From positions 26,342 through 90,341 of the forward strand of contig JAQGDQ010000834.1 of the NCBI GenBank assembly GCA_030141605.1: DNA of 64,000 nucleotides, written 5' to 3'. The stretch is from Tubiluchus corallicola (taxonomy: Eukaryota > Animalia > Priapulida). Under the pieces are notes generated by a model. The model was not told the origin of the DNA. It was given only the letters and a program-made list of their open reading frames with translations, and did no database searches. Below are positions 51,095 through 64,000 of the stretch, piece by piece. The position numbers and the translations under genes were made by a program. The stretch's first letter is position 1. Every line of letters starts with the position of its first letter.

Positions 51095-51383
51095 AAATTT
51101 TCATGCTCGGTGGTAGCCGCTAGTCACGTGAAAATTATATGACGTAACTGGTTGACTTCGTGACTTTTTATAAGCGCATGATGGCTTCCCGTAAGCGTGT
51201 ATTGCTTAAACTAATTCAAGTTTTTGCAATCTACCTAATGCTCGCACAGAAATATCACAAAATTTGTTTTTTGCGTAAAAAATTATTATAAAAATACTGC
51301 TACTGCTACTGCTACTACTACTACTGCTACTACTACTACTACTTCTACTACTACTGCTACTGCTGCTGCTTCTCCTACTTCTA

Positions 51384-51447
<64 letters not shown>

Positions 51448-51910
51448 ACTCCCCTACTGCTACTCCCCTACTGCTACTGCTACTCCCCTACTGCTACTGC
51501 TACTCCCCTACTGCTACTCCCCTACTGCTACTGCTACTCCCCTACTGCTACTGCTACTGCTACTGCTACTGCTACTGCTACTGCTACTGCTACTGCTACT
51601 GCTACTGCTACTGCTACTGCTACTCCTACTCCTACTCCTACTGCTTCTGCTACTGCTACTGCTACTGCTACTGCTACTCCTACTCCTACTGCTACTGCTT
51701 CTGCTTCTGCTTCTGCTGCTGCTGCTACTGCTACTGCTACTGCTGCTGCTACTACTACTACTTTTGACGGAAATTGACAGTACGCTGGTTTTCGTGAAAT
51801 CATCGGGACTTTAACGTGGTTTTGCTAATTACACGAGGCGCTTATCACACCATTGTTACTGAATCCTTCTAACATTTTTCGCGAATATTGTAGTAAGCCT
51901 ACTTCTCTAA
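51095..51910 (+). mobile_element. Kolobok-like family C copy split by a (CTA/CTG)n expansion at 51295-51762
   Basis: Both flanks are colinear with about 57810-58185; the microsatellite explains the poly-L/YC/VA ORFs. Confidence 0.7.
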
Positions 51911-52435
51911 TATAAACTCCTTATCATACTACTATAAAATTTTGATGAAACAATATTTCCATTGGTCACCATCCACTTACTAACCCCGCTCGATGTTGTG
52001 TTACTAACGTTGCACACGTCCGACCACACACCGAGCTTTAGTAATCAAAACATACCTGGGTCAATTAATGCGTCTATCGCGACACCTGCAGTGCAAAAAT
52101 CTCATCAAGTTTAGTCTACGTCATATACAGTATAATGATCATCCATCACTGTGTAGATTTTTCGATTTTTGCACCCCAGAGCAAATAATACGAGTTAGGC
52201 ATTCAGTATTATAACTGTATCATAATAGTTGCACTACTGCAATGAGTGTGACAATATGAATGAAGTAATCCCGTTAATGTCCAATTTATGAAATACATGT
52301 ATGCCATTATGAATGCCACGCAACATTGCCCACTTACTTCCTACATCCTCTACATGCTCAATGCTGAACGACAAGTGCTGTATGACACCCAGTGTCTCCT
52401 ATAAATACTACAGCTTCCCTACAGGTGAAGTGAAA

Positions 52436-55035
52436 CAGATCGATTTGGCAATTTCCAGGTAACATCAACAACTAGTATCAGGGGAATCTTCGCCGAATGA
52501 TTTAGCATTACAGGTAACATCAACAAGTATCAGAGAATGTTCGCGGAATCAATCAATCAATCATTCAATTTATTTCACTCCAGCAATACATATGCAATAC
52601 ACCAACATACAATATTATTGGGGGGAAAAGAAACAGTATAGGTAAAAAAACGTTGATGAAGTCAAATTAACCAAATAAAAGAGTTGCTGTACGACACCTT
52701 GAAAGCGTGGCTTGTTAGGGTGGCACGAATGAGTGAATGAAAGAATGGTTAAGGTTAGTAGACATGATGGAATGGAAAAAATAGTAAGATTAGGGATAGG
52801 AAGAAGGAAAAGAGGAGAAGAAACGACCACAGTGTATGTTTTACATAGAGCTATATTAAAATAGCATTATAATTGATTGGAGGCCATATATTGCGACTGC
52901 ATGAGACCTGGAAGCATTAAAATTGTATTATAAGATTAGCATCGCAAGTAACATTAGCATTACTGGAATGATTTAGCATTACAGGTAACATCAACAACTA
53001 GTATCAGAGAATCTTCACGGAATGATTTAGCCTTGCAGGTAACATCAACAACTAGTATCAGAGAATCTCCACGGAATGATTTAGCATTACAGGTAACATC
53101 AACAACTAGTATCAGAGAATCTCCACGGAATGATTTAGCATTACAGGTAACATCAACAACTAGTATCAGAGAATCTCCACGGAATGATTTAGCCTTACAG
53201 GTAACATCAACAACTAGTATCAGAGAATCTTCGCGGAATGATTTAGCATTACAGGTAACATCAACAACTAGTATCAGAGAATCTCCACGGAATGATTTAA
53301 CATTACAGGTAACATCAACAACTAGTATCAGAGAATTTTCGCAGAATGATTTAGCATTACAGGTAACATCAACAACTAGTATCAGAGAATCTCCACGGAA
53401 TGATTTAGCATTACAGGTAACATCAACAACTAGTATCAGAGAATCTTCGCGGAATGATTTAGCATTACAGGTAACATCAACAACTAGTATCAGAGAATCT
53501 TCGCGGAATGATTTAGCATTACAGGTAACATCAACAACTAGTATCAGAGAATCTTCGCGGAATGATTTAGCATTACAGGTAACATCAACAACTAGTATCA
53601 GAGAATCTTCACGGAATGATTTAGCATTACAGGTAACATCAACAACTAGTATCAGAGAATCTTCGCGGAATGATTTAGCATTACAGGTAACATCAACAAC
53701 TAGTATCAGAGAATCTTCACGGAATTATTTAGCATTACAGGTAACATCAACAACTAGTATCAGAGAATCTTCACGGAATTATTTAGCATTACAGGTAACA
53801 TCAACAACTAGTATCAGAGAATCTTCGCGGAATGATTTAACATTACAGGTAACATCAACAACTAGTATCAGAGAATCTTCACGGAATTATTTAACATTAC
53901 AGGTAACATCAACAACTAGTATCAGAGAATCTTCACGGAATGATTTAGCATTACAGGTAACATCAACAACTAGTATCAGAGAATCTTCACGGAATGATTC
54001 AGCATTACAGGTAACATCAACAACTAGTATCAGAGAATCTTCACGGAATGATTCAGCATTACAGGTAACATCAACAACTAGTATCAGAGAATCTTCGCGG
54101 AATGATTTAACATTACAGGTAACATCAACAACTAGCATCAGAGAATCTTCACGGAATTATTTAGCATTACAGGTAACATCAACAACTAGTATCAGAGAAT
54201 CTTCACGGAATTATTTAGCATTACAGGTAACATCAACAACTAGTATCAGAGAATCTTCACGGAATTATTTAGCATTACAGGTAACATCAACAACTAGTAT
54301 CAGAGAATCTTCGCGGAATGATTTAGCATTACAGGTAACATCAACAACTAGTATCAGAGAATCTTCGCGGAATGATTTAGCATTACAGGTAACATCAACA
54401 ACTAGTATCAGAGAATCTTCACGGAATGATTTAGCATTACAGGTAACATCAACAACTAGTATCAGAGAATCTTCGCGGAATGATTTAGCATTACAGGTAA
54501 CATCAACAACTAGTATCAGAGAATCTTCACGGAATGATTTAGCATTACAGGTAACATCAACAACTAGTATCAGAGAATCTTCGCGGAATGATTTAACATT
54601 ACAGGTAACATCAACAACTAGTATCAGAGAATCTTCGCGGAATGATTTAACATTACAGGTAACATCAACAACTAGTATCAGAGAATCTTCGCGGAATGAT
54701 TTAACATTACAGGTAACATCAACAACTAGTATCAGAGAATCTTCGCGGAATGATTTAGCATTACAGGTAACATCAACAACTAGTATCAGAGAATCTTCGC
54801 GGAATGATTTAACATTACAGGTAACATCAACAACTAGTATCAGAGAATCTTCGCGGAATTATTTAGCATTACAGGTAACATCAACAACTAATATCAGAGA
54901 ATCTTCGCGGAATGATTTAACATTACAGGTAACATCAACAACTAATATCAGAGAATCTTCGCGGAATGATTTAACATTACAGGTAACATCAACAACTAGT
55001 ATCAGAGAATTTTCGCGGAATTATTTAGCATTACG
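52436..55035. repeat. 54-bp minisatellite (about 38 homogeneous units from 52966, plus about 2 diverged units at 52436-52548)
   Basis: Unit GGAATGATTTAGCATTACAGGTAACATCAACAACTAGTATCAGAGAATCTTCRC; one frame is stop-free. Confidence 0.97.
52549..52965 (-). mobile_element. LINE-like 3' fragment inserted in the 54-bp array
   Basis: The minus strand ends AATAAA-TTGAA-(TGAT)n; the array breaks at GGAAT and resumes at GGAATGATTTAGC. Confidence 0.55.
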
Positions 55036-57769
55036 GTAGTTGCGGTGTCACTAAAATTTGAACAATTTTATAGCGCTTTGCTTATGAAACATTTACAAGT
55101 CTTTGAAGGTCAATTCTATAAAACGGGATATTCGATTATTTATATACTCAGAATTTAACCCGTGCAAAGATTGGTAATACAGTAGTGCCTCAAGCGGAAG
55201 CATGAGAGCTCAAGGCTAGCAGGAAACACAACATTACGACATGTGACGTCAAACTGTAATCACCCTGAGATTTATCTGTAAGGAAAAATGGTATCGAAAT
55301 GAATTGAAATTTGTTAAATAATCAAACTGCGTCAAATATGAGTAGTGGCCGTTCCAAGTTTTGCAAAGTTGGAATTTGTAATCGCCACAGCGGCAGCATC
55401 TAAATCTAACACGATTAGCAATACTGAACTAAGTAACTTCGGTTTTTGATAGTTCATCTTTATTAAAAAAATCAATAGTTTCTTGAAATAGTATAATAAA
55501 TTGCATAGAAGAAAAAGGAGGCTTTATAGAATTTCCTCTACTATATCGTGAAATTTATGTGGGGGAAACACAGTGCTGGATTTAGGTACTAGCTAAACAA
55601 GCCACAGCTTAGGGCCTTACAATCAGCATGGGGCCTCACAAGACTCCTTCCAGATGGATTCTATATTCATTTTTTCCTCAGGTAATTCTATCAGTTGTAG
55701 TATTGACGCCGCCGTTCGTCCTCCGTCCAGCGCAAAAGCACGAATGTCACCAAATTTCATGTCAGCATGTGGTTTATCGTGCTTTGAAATTTTGAGATTT
55801 TTATTTTTCATGATTTTTTCAATTTTTACTATTTTCCCTTGATTTAATATTCAAGTTATCTTGTACTGAACTAACAGTTTTAACTGAACATTAAAATGAA
55901 CACAAGTATTTGATTTTGTATAATTTAGCTCATCTGTATGGTACCTAACTGCAAAGAGTGCAAAACTTTTGACCCACATGAAGCTTCTATCTCAAAGCTG
56001 CAGTCAGCCGGCTTCTTATTCGAATTTCTCTTTATTGGCTTCCTCGGTTTCACGGTGACGTCACGTTTGCTCCGCCTTTAGCAAAATAACTTAGCACTAT
56101 GGCAGTGTGCCATACACACAGCAAGAGAGACTGGCTTACCAGGGGTATAAAAGGGCTATAATATGACCCTGATAGTATATCTGTGGTACAGTAGTAGTTT
56201 ACTGGACGATTTAAGGCCTGCTGTATGACAAAACATTTAAGACGGGCTACAAAAACAATGTTAAAACAATGGGAAATTATCTAGCAATAATTATTAAACG
56301 CGTTCTCGTAAAACATTTAACCTTTTGCTATTAGGCCTAACTGCTTAGATTTAGATTTTAGAAATACTCATTTGAACGACACAAAATAGTTAATTTAAGT
56401 CAATTCGAAATTAATGTACATTATTTCAGCACGCCTAACAATAGTATTTATCGCAATACAATCGTTTTACCCGTGAAACACTAATTAAATCTAGCGTTGA
56501 AAGCTATTCTATCATCACACTGCTGGGTATTACTTTAACTAAATTTAAAACAACGTTCACTACCGAAGATTGTTTTATATTTGAGGAAAACATACGAGAA
56601 CTGTCAGTAAATGTCCAAGTCTCTTAACAGTATCATTTAACTGCCTCGTGATCCGTGGCATTTACCAAAACACCTGAAGGTCGAATTTGTCCGAGAAAGG
56701 AGACGCGCCCATTAAAGTTTGCTAGCGCTCACTTCCGCAAAAACCTCTTTTTCTACAGCCGAGCTTATCAAAGTTTTTCGTCGATCGCGAAACCTCAAAA
56801 AATTGTTTTCTTGCAACAAGTAGAAGATTTTCACACGAAAATTAATTTAGTTACTGTATGAGTTGTGCTGGCCAATTTACAGCGGTTAGGACTATAGAAT
56901 TTGAGGAATTAGGTGTGGTCGGGCTGGAAAAATTGCAGACCTCATTAAAATAGTGCACACCGTTGCGATTCGGCAAAAAAAACAGAAAAAAAAACTTGTG
57001 CAATACTAAAAATATCCAAATCCATACCTTACTCTTGAAATCTGACGGCTGTCAAGGCAAATATCTTCCAATATATCACTTAGTTTAGGCTTGCATATGT
57101 GGCCACGAATAAACGCAACAGCAGCGGTTACTGTACTCGCATCACCAAACACGAGAGAGTATGTTGGGCGAGTCTGCTATCCAGCTAGCTTGGGTAATGG
57201 AAAACCGGAAAACAACATACGGCTAGCTGGCGTACGCAACCGAAAATCTACGTGCAGTGAATCGAAGATGCGGGGAGCTTGCTGCTGCTATGAAGTGAAC
57301 ATTCGACATGAAACTACAGAAAAGTTTTTGATTCAATTTTAAACGAGCTCTGTTAGTCAGTCGGCCTGCTGTCATCGTGCAGTAATTCACTAGCTGTTCT
57401 AAACGTCGCACCACTATCAACACGTAATTCCCAAATCCCAACCCTGGCGTACGTACGCACTTGCTAAAACTAATCTGGTTGCTACACTTGTCACAACTTT
57501 ACTGGTTTCTTCCAAGAAAATGAAATACGTCGAAAGAATGGAGCAGACGAATTTTAGATGACTTTTTTGACCACAGATATAAAGTGCTTGAAGGTGCTGT
57601 GTAACAAGGTCACAGCTCACAACTATGCGTAACGGAATTTAACTGAGCACTCAGCATGCAGGGTTTATTTTACTATTATCACTTAAACTTAGAAAAATAT
57701 AACAAATAAATTAGCAAAAAAACTGCCTATAAATCATGAATTTAAAATATACTACCGCTGAATACTGAA

Positions 57770-58201
57770 TGGAAATTTTCTATTGAAGAGAATATTGAAG
57801 AGAATAGAAAAGCTGCCATTCAATTGAAAATTATGACGTAACTGGGAGACTTCGTGACTTTTCGTAAGTGCGTCGTGGCTTTTCGTAAGCGCGCGCTGCT
57901 TGAACGAATTCAAACCTAATGTTCACGCAGAAATATTTAAATATTAGCTTTTTAATTGTTTTGTAAAAACTTATTATACTTTTGATGAAGATTGACAGTG
58001 CGCTACTTTTCTTCAAGACGAATGACGTCATTGAAAGAAGAATGGGCATTGAAAATGGGAGCCAAGCATGAAGTGATCGTGACTTTAAAGTGGTTTTACT
58101 AATTACACAAGCCGCTTATTGCAGTTTTATTACTAAATCCTTCTAACATTTTTCGCAAACATTGAAATAAGCCTAACCTCCTAGAAGGCTTGACCTTCCC
58201 T
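57770..58201 (+). mobile_element. Kolobok-like family C copy
   Basis: Ends CCTAGAAGGCTTGACCTTCCCT-TTAA; reverse complement of 62873-63300. Confidence 0.78.
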
Positions 58202-58814
58202 TTAATCAGACCGAGTGTGGTCTGTCATGTCGACTCTTAGAGTACCCGTCTTTCCCAATTTCGTCTGTATAATAGCCCTATCTAACCACTCGGGTTAATG
58301 ACTGTTAATGACTTTAGCGACCAATTAACACATTAATATAACAGCTAGGATAAAATTCGTATTTTGCATTGATGTTAGTAATATACGTTGTGTAATCAAT
58401 GTTTAGTAATAAATACATTTTAATAATAAATAATTTAATGTCGTGCTTTCAAGATTTTCTTTCAGCTCACATTCAAGTATTTTATTGTAAACAATTAGTT
58501 TTTTTGGCATGTCATTTTGTAATTATTGTTTCGTATCGTTGAATGTACGCTGCCTTTCGTGGGAAACAAATCTAAATAAAAATGAATCCTCAAATGACTC
58601 AATCCTAATAAGTTCAGAACTTATGTAAGCGGTTGATTTTCGATATTTTAATTTCGGTGATTTATTGAGTTTAATAGCACCAGGTGGCGCAAAAAACGTG
58701 CTGTAGGTTTCATCACGATATTGAGGCTAACTCAATTTTATTATAATGAGGGAACCGTTTTTATGACAAATAAAGAATTAATATATATATATATATTATA
58801 TGAAGATCGCGGAT

Positions 58815-59134
58815 GAATTCTTATCGTCTTTCGCCCGTATATAAACAGTCTGTTGGTGATGAAATTTTACAACTCTCGTCGTGTTTTCTATATGCCATTT
58901 TGTTTTTATTTATGATTATGTGAATTTACATTAGAATTGGTAATTATGTTTATTATAATTGTACTCGCTGTTTTTCGTTGTGTATAATATGTGTAAATTT
59001 TTGTTACTAATTATTAAAATATGCTCGTTATCTTTTATTAGGTATGTATGTTGTGTTGGATTATAATTTGTAACTATGTCTATTGTATATGATCGTTGTC
59101 GTTCAATGTGTCTCATGCGTTGAATTCTAAATTA
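58815..59134 (+). mobile_element. Second copy of the 36590-36897 repeat, ending in (TG)n
   Basis: Near-identical sequence; preceded by (TA)n and followed by (TG)n. Confidence 0.8.
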
Positions 59135-59384
59135 TGTGTGTGCGTGTGTGTGTGCGTGCGTGCGTGCGTGTGTGTATGTGTGTGTGTGTGTGTGTTTTTA
59201 AAAATAAAGAACTATAATAATTGTAAAATATATGAAGAAAATAACGAAATCACATGAAAATTACCACAACAATGTTACAGACGATTGTCCAAAAGCACCA
59301 AAAATTTTAGGTCATTCCCTTAGTTTTTGTAAAAATCTCTCAAAAAAATAGACGGATTGTAAATAAGTTTTTCAAATAAAGATT

Positions 59385-59398
59385 TATTTTTATTATTA

Positions 59399-59429
<31 letters not shown>

Positions 59430-59501
59430 CATCATCATCGTCGTCGTCGTCATCGTCATCATCATTATCATCGTCGTCGTCGTCGTAAACTAGAAGAAGA
59501 T

Positions 59502-59592
<91 letters not shown>

Positions 59593-59687
59593 TTAAATAT
59601 ATCAACAAAGATCATTACAGCATTGCACACCATCATCATCATCATCATCATTATCATCATCATCGTCGTCGTAAACTAGAAGAAGAT

Positions 59688-59754
<67 letters not shown>

Positions 59755-59789
59755 TTAAATATGTCCACAACGATCATTACAGCATTGCA

Positions 59790-59836
<47 letters not shown>

Positions 59837-59905
59837 CCATCATCATCATCACAATCATCATCATCATCATCATTATCACATCATCATCATCATCATCATC
59901 ATTAT
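59385..59905. repeat. Compound (TAT)(CAT)(CGT)(TTTA) microsatellite with a block duplication
   Basis: GTCGTAAACTAGAAGAAGA-(TTTA)n-AAATAT...GATCATTACAGCATTGCAC occurs twice. Confidence 0.93.
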
Positions 59906-60072
59906 TCCAAAGACGCAGAAGTTTTAAATCAAAAGTCAATTAACTAAATGACAAAAAAAATTTGTCACTATTGTTAAACTGAGGAACAAGTGCCAAGTCC
60001 TCTATGTGTCCACCATTTTCACTGCAAACTGGATGAAAACGTTTGTTCCAACAGCTGATACAGTTTCTTTAA

Positions 60073-60663
60073 AGCAAAACCGGGCCTAATCTTAAACTGT
60101 AAGTCAAAACTATCTACTCCTTAAAATATTGAAAGGAAACATAATATTTTTTTTCAAAAACGACTTACGTGAAAGAATTATTACCACGCAAACACAATTT
60201 CAAGTTCGCGCCACTAGTTCTTAGCTGTTACATGCATTTCGTCATTCGCTAGTCGGAAAGCGTTGCACAAAAAACAGGTGTTGTACCGCTCAGTTCAGAT
60301 GTGCTAGTTTATGACGAACTGCACACGTTCGACAGCTCATGCGTGAGCCCAGTGGTAAATTCTAAATTTGAATTTTTATCTTAAAACTTGCCTAGTTTTA
60401 GTACAAAACACTGACTATCTTAGAGTAGCACTGTACTTCAATTTTCGCTTTCGCAAACACGTGCACCGCCCTAGTAGAATATTTTTGCTGTTGAAAATTA
60501 TGTTAGTTTGTGATGTCATCAATAATTGGGCTCACCCGCCGTTCATTAAGTTTTAATCTATTATTTAATTATCAGAAACGCTTTTGCCGTATTAATTGTG
60601 TTAAATGTATACTTTTTATCGGACTTCAAAATGGGGTAGTATATGAAAAATAATTGTCTTCCT
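60073..60663 (-). mobile_element. Kolobok-like family A, full length (591 bp)
   Basis: TTAA at 60069-60072 and 60664-60667; the paralogous empty site is at 41314-41317. Confidence 0.9.
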
Positions 60664-62872
60664 TTAAGGGGTATTTGGTTCCGGAATTTTTGCCTTTAGT
60701 CACTCTGCATCAAACAACTCTGTGTGGCCGTCCTACGATTTCTCTTTAAGTGAATTCCAGATAGTCCAGAGGAGTAAGTCCTATTTTTTCTTGGCAACAA
60801 ATCTCTATCGGTACTTTATTTTCTCTGGTGGAAATCACGATGTAAACTGATTGATTTCTGCCATGCATTAACTACTTTGTACTCCAGCGTGACCGTTTCT
60901 CAACTAAAGATTAGCTAACTTTGTCGTGGGCGTTTACTGTTTGTCTGGCTGAACTGCGCCAAAAGAATCCTACCTTTCTATTTAAGCCGTTAGTGCTATT
61001 TCCGAGAATAATACGTAATAAAATCATAATTCTGTCCTTGTTCTAATAAACTGGCCAAAAGAGACGGGGAGATTACAGCCTGAGGTATCCTACGGTAATT
61101 ATCTTGAAACATTGAAATAATTTTGTAAACCAAAACCGTCCACAAATCGGCATAGCTAAGACTGCGTTACGATGTTTGAAAGTAGAAAGCACCAAAAATT
61201 GGTCAAATTTCAGCTTTTTGTTTTTTTTTCAAAACAAATGCTATATATATGTCGAACTCTTATATTCTAACATCAAATTATCAAGAAATTGTCCAAAAAA
61301 CGCTAAAAATCCTAATTTTATAACCCCGTGTCCACTTTTCTGGCTAGAAACTAGTACTGCAATTGTAAAAAACTTGTATTTCCAAACTCCGAAAACAGCT
61401 GGTGGAAGGAGTCATTTTGCTTCGGGCTTTTCTGTTGCCAAGCCCAGATCTTCGTTAGAAAGAGCCATCTACTAGATTTAAACACAACTGTTTTGTAGAA
61501 ACGTGACAAAAAACAATGGCTAACGTTAACAACGATTTTCACAAGATTATGTTTTTCAGTGCGTAGTCTACACTTCAACTTCAACTTGGATTATCTCAGC
61601 TCAGAAATAACATAGAGCGATGAGCTTGGTATCAAAATGATCCTCATGAAATAGAGATTCAGGATATGTGAGTAAGCTAGAAAAGCTTTTAAGATTTATT
61701 TAAATTAATTTATTTAAATTAATTTAAATTTAATTAAAATTGCCGACTATGGATGATTTCACTATACAAGTATCCGTTCAGTGGTTTATTTGGTGTTGTC
61801 TGTAATAATGTTTTAGTTTAGTTTTTAGTTTCAGATGCTAAACAAGGAGTATTAAAGTGAGTGCTAAAATCAGGCTATTAATGCAGCAAGTTTCCTGTGA
61901 GGTAACATAAAAATGCAGATAAATCGATGCACTAAATTATTAAATTCCAATTCAATGTTTAAATCCACAAGCGTTACAATCAGTAATCTCAAGAACTACA
62001 CAAATTTAATCCCTATTTTACTAAAAATTAACAGCGGGATCTTAAAATAAAAGGGTCCTTTACAAAGTAGGTTAGTGCCGATATTAAATATTCATTTTTA
62101 ATATTGCCATTTATATGGAAAGTTTTTTGGTATATACTTCAAAAGTTCCCCGTCTCCTTTAGGTTTAGATTTTATGCTGAAATGTGGTGTAAGTAGAAAA
62201 ACTTATTTGCCAATAGGTGTCAGCAGTGAGAAGTCGGACTCAGCCTCAAATTGTGTTAAGGTGAATTTTTTCTAAGTATTTCATATGATTTCAAGCCAAA
62301 ATAAAAGAGTAATCATAATCCTAATCAGTCAGCACAAGGTCGACGCCCATCTATATCAAGCGGAGCTTTATAAATTTTGATGAAATTAATCGTAATTGCT
62401 CCCCCCCCCCCCCCAAGAAGCAAATATCAAGGAATTAGCTCTAGTTTTGACAGACACACTTCCAAAACTTAAAATTTAGGAGTAAATAATTATAATAAAG
62501 TACATCCAAGATCCAATTATGTGGCCTAATTCTTCAATACATATAAACACTGGCGACTCGTACCTAAAATTATTGGGGTAGTGCTTCAGAAAATTTAATT
62601 CTGCTTGTTTATGACGGCTACAACCGCAATGAAGGTTTTTACAACTGTTTGTGTCCAACGTATTCAAACAACGTCCAAACCTTCCTGTGTAAACCTACCC
62701 GTGTCCAACTTGCCTTGCTACCTGTTCAAATTGTTTTGCAACAGTATAACGCTGCCGGGGCGAGTGACCTGCGCCCATTTTCTTTACGTCCAGCCTTAGA
62801 CGAAACGTCTTAGCTGTAGCCAAATATCCCAGTGTCTACAAAATTGTGACCGAAAAACCATTGCTTGCTTAA

Positions 62873-63300
62873 AGGAAAAGCTAAGCCTTCTAGGAGGTTA
62901 GGCTTACGTCTATGTTCCAGATTACTGTTAGAAAGATTTAGTAATAAAACTGCAATAAGCGCCACGTGTAGCTAGTAAAATCACTTTGAAGTCGCGATCA
63001 CTTCATGCTGGGGTGCTGCCATTTTCAATGCTCATTCTTGCTCCAATGACGTCATTCGTCCTGAGGAAACGTAGCCCACTGTCAGTCTTAATAAGTTTTT
63101 ACAAAAAAATGCGTGGCTAATTTTGTAATACTTCTGCGTGAACATTAGGTAAGCTGCAGAAGCTTGAATTAGTTTAAGCAGCGCGAGCTTACGGAAAGAC
63201 ACGATGCGCTTACGAAAAGTCACGAAGTCTCCCAGAAAATCCTCATGATTTTCAAGTGAATGGCGGCAACCATCAGGCCTGAAAATTTCTATTCAGAGGC
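62873..63300 (-). mobile_element. Kolobok-like family C copy
   Basis: Starts TTAA-AGGAAAAGCTAAGCCTTCTAGGAGGTTAGGCTTA. Confidence 0.78.
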
Positions 63301-63472
63301 AACATACTTTAAAATTACAAGCAGTTCTTTGCAAATTTCATGAAAAGTTACATGCTTTACAGGCAGTTCTTTTCTTTAATCGTCTTGTGTTGAAGAAGTT
63401 CGTGTCAAAGACGTCGAGAATTTGTTGCTGTTTCATCACAATTTACTTAAGTCTCCTCTATCTTTGGCTGTG

Positions 63473-64000
63473 ACTGGTAATAAAGTCACAGGTAAAAAAC
63501 TCACAGGTAAAAAAGTCACCGGAAAAAAGTCACAGGAAAAAAGTCACAGGTAAAAAAGTCACAGGAAAAAAGTCACGGATAGAAAAGAAAGTGGAAAAAA
63601 AGTCACTGGTAAAAAGTCACGGGTAAAAGAGTCACTGGAAAATAATCACAGGAAAAAAGTCACTGGAAAAAAGTAACTGGTAAAAAGTCACAGGTAAAAA
63701 AGTCACCGGGAAAAAGTCACACGAAAAAAGTCACTGGAAAGTCACAAGAAAAGTCACAGGAAAAAAGTCACTGGAAAAAAGTCACGGGTAAAAAAGTCAC
63801 TGGAAAAAGCTCACAGGTAAAAAAGTCACAGGTAAAAAAGTCACAGGAAAAAAGTCACGGATAGAAAGGAAAATGGAAAAAAAGTCACTGGTAAAAAGTC
63901 ACGGGTAAAAAATTCACTGGAAAAGAATCACAGGAAAAAAGTCACTGGAAAAAAGTCACTGGTAAAAAGTCACTGGAAAAAGCTCACAGGTGAAAAAGTC
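63473..64000. repeat. About 15-bp minisatellite with a 282-bp higher-order duplication, running off the window
   Basis: Unit GGTAAAAAAGTCACW; the marker GGATAGAAA recurs at 63577 and 63859. Confidence 0.95.

Larger units (their letters stand above)
58681..60860 (-). mobile_element. Second Tc1/mariner relic fragmented by nested insertions
   Basis: Starts CAGGTGGCGCAAAAAA. Pieces at about 59230-59340, 59955-60068 and 60668-60850 are colinear with 41009-41520. Confidence 0.7.

Noticed and set aside
51387-51803. Cys/Tyr-rich and Val/Ala-rich ORFs
   Set aside because: They are a (CTA/CTG)n expansion inside a family C element.
55571-55842. hAT-like left end CAGTGCTGGATTTA with short ORFs
   Set aside because: No matching right TIR or TSD was found, and the ORFs carry no recognisable motif.

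Overview
This is an AT-rich, repeat-dense animal (probably invertebrate) genomic window; it has spliceosomal introns and no prokaryotic features. I can build three minus-strand protein-coding models. (1) A 3-exon TMEM196/CD20-like tetraspan gene (13977-13828, 5886-5827, 2780-2406; 194 aa; both introns phase 0). (2) A 2-exon, 197-aa Ser/Pro-rich gene I cannot assign to a family (25185-24975, 23381-22999). (3) A MARVEL-domain gene with an intronless CDS (30604-30026). A possible fourth gene may begin at about 792 and run off the left edge. The rest is mostly transposon debris: several families of TTAA-flanked Kolobok-like non-autonomous elements, hAT MITEs, a deleted PIF/Harbinger, Tc1/mariner relics, RTE and other LINE fragments, a tRNA-derived SINE and Penelope-like pieces. 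There are also many micro- and minisatellites (15, 30, 32, 45, 49-50 and 54 bp units). Most long ORFs in the supplied track are repeat artefacts. I found no clear-cut novel system. The best leads are the unassigned phosphosite-rich gene, the inverted transposon pair bracketing TMEM196-like intron 1, the Kolobok-like units, a bipartite RTE element and the 54-bp open-frame array. All family assignments come from motif recognition by eye, not database searches, and repeat boundaries without a TSD are approximate.
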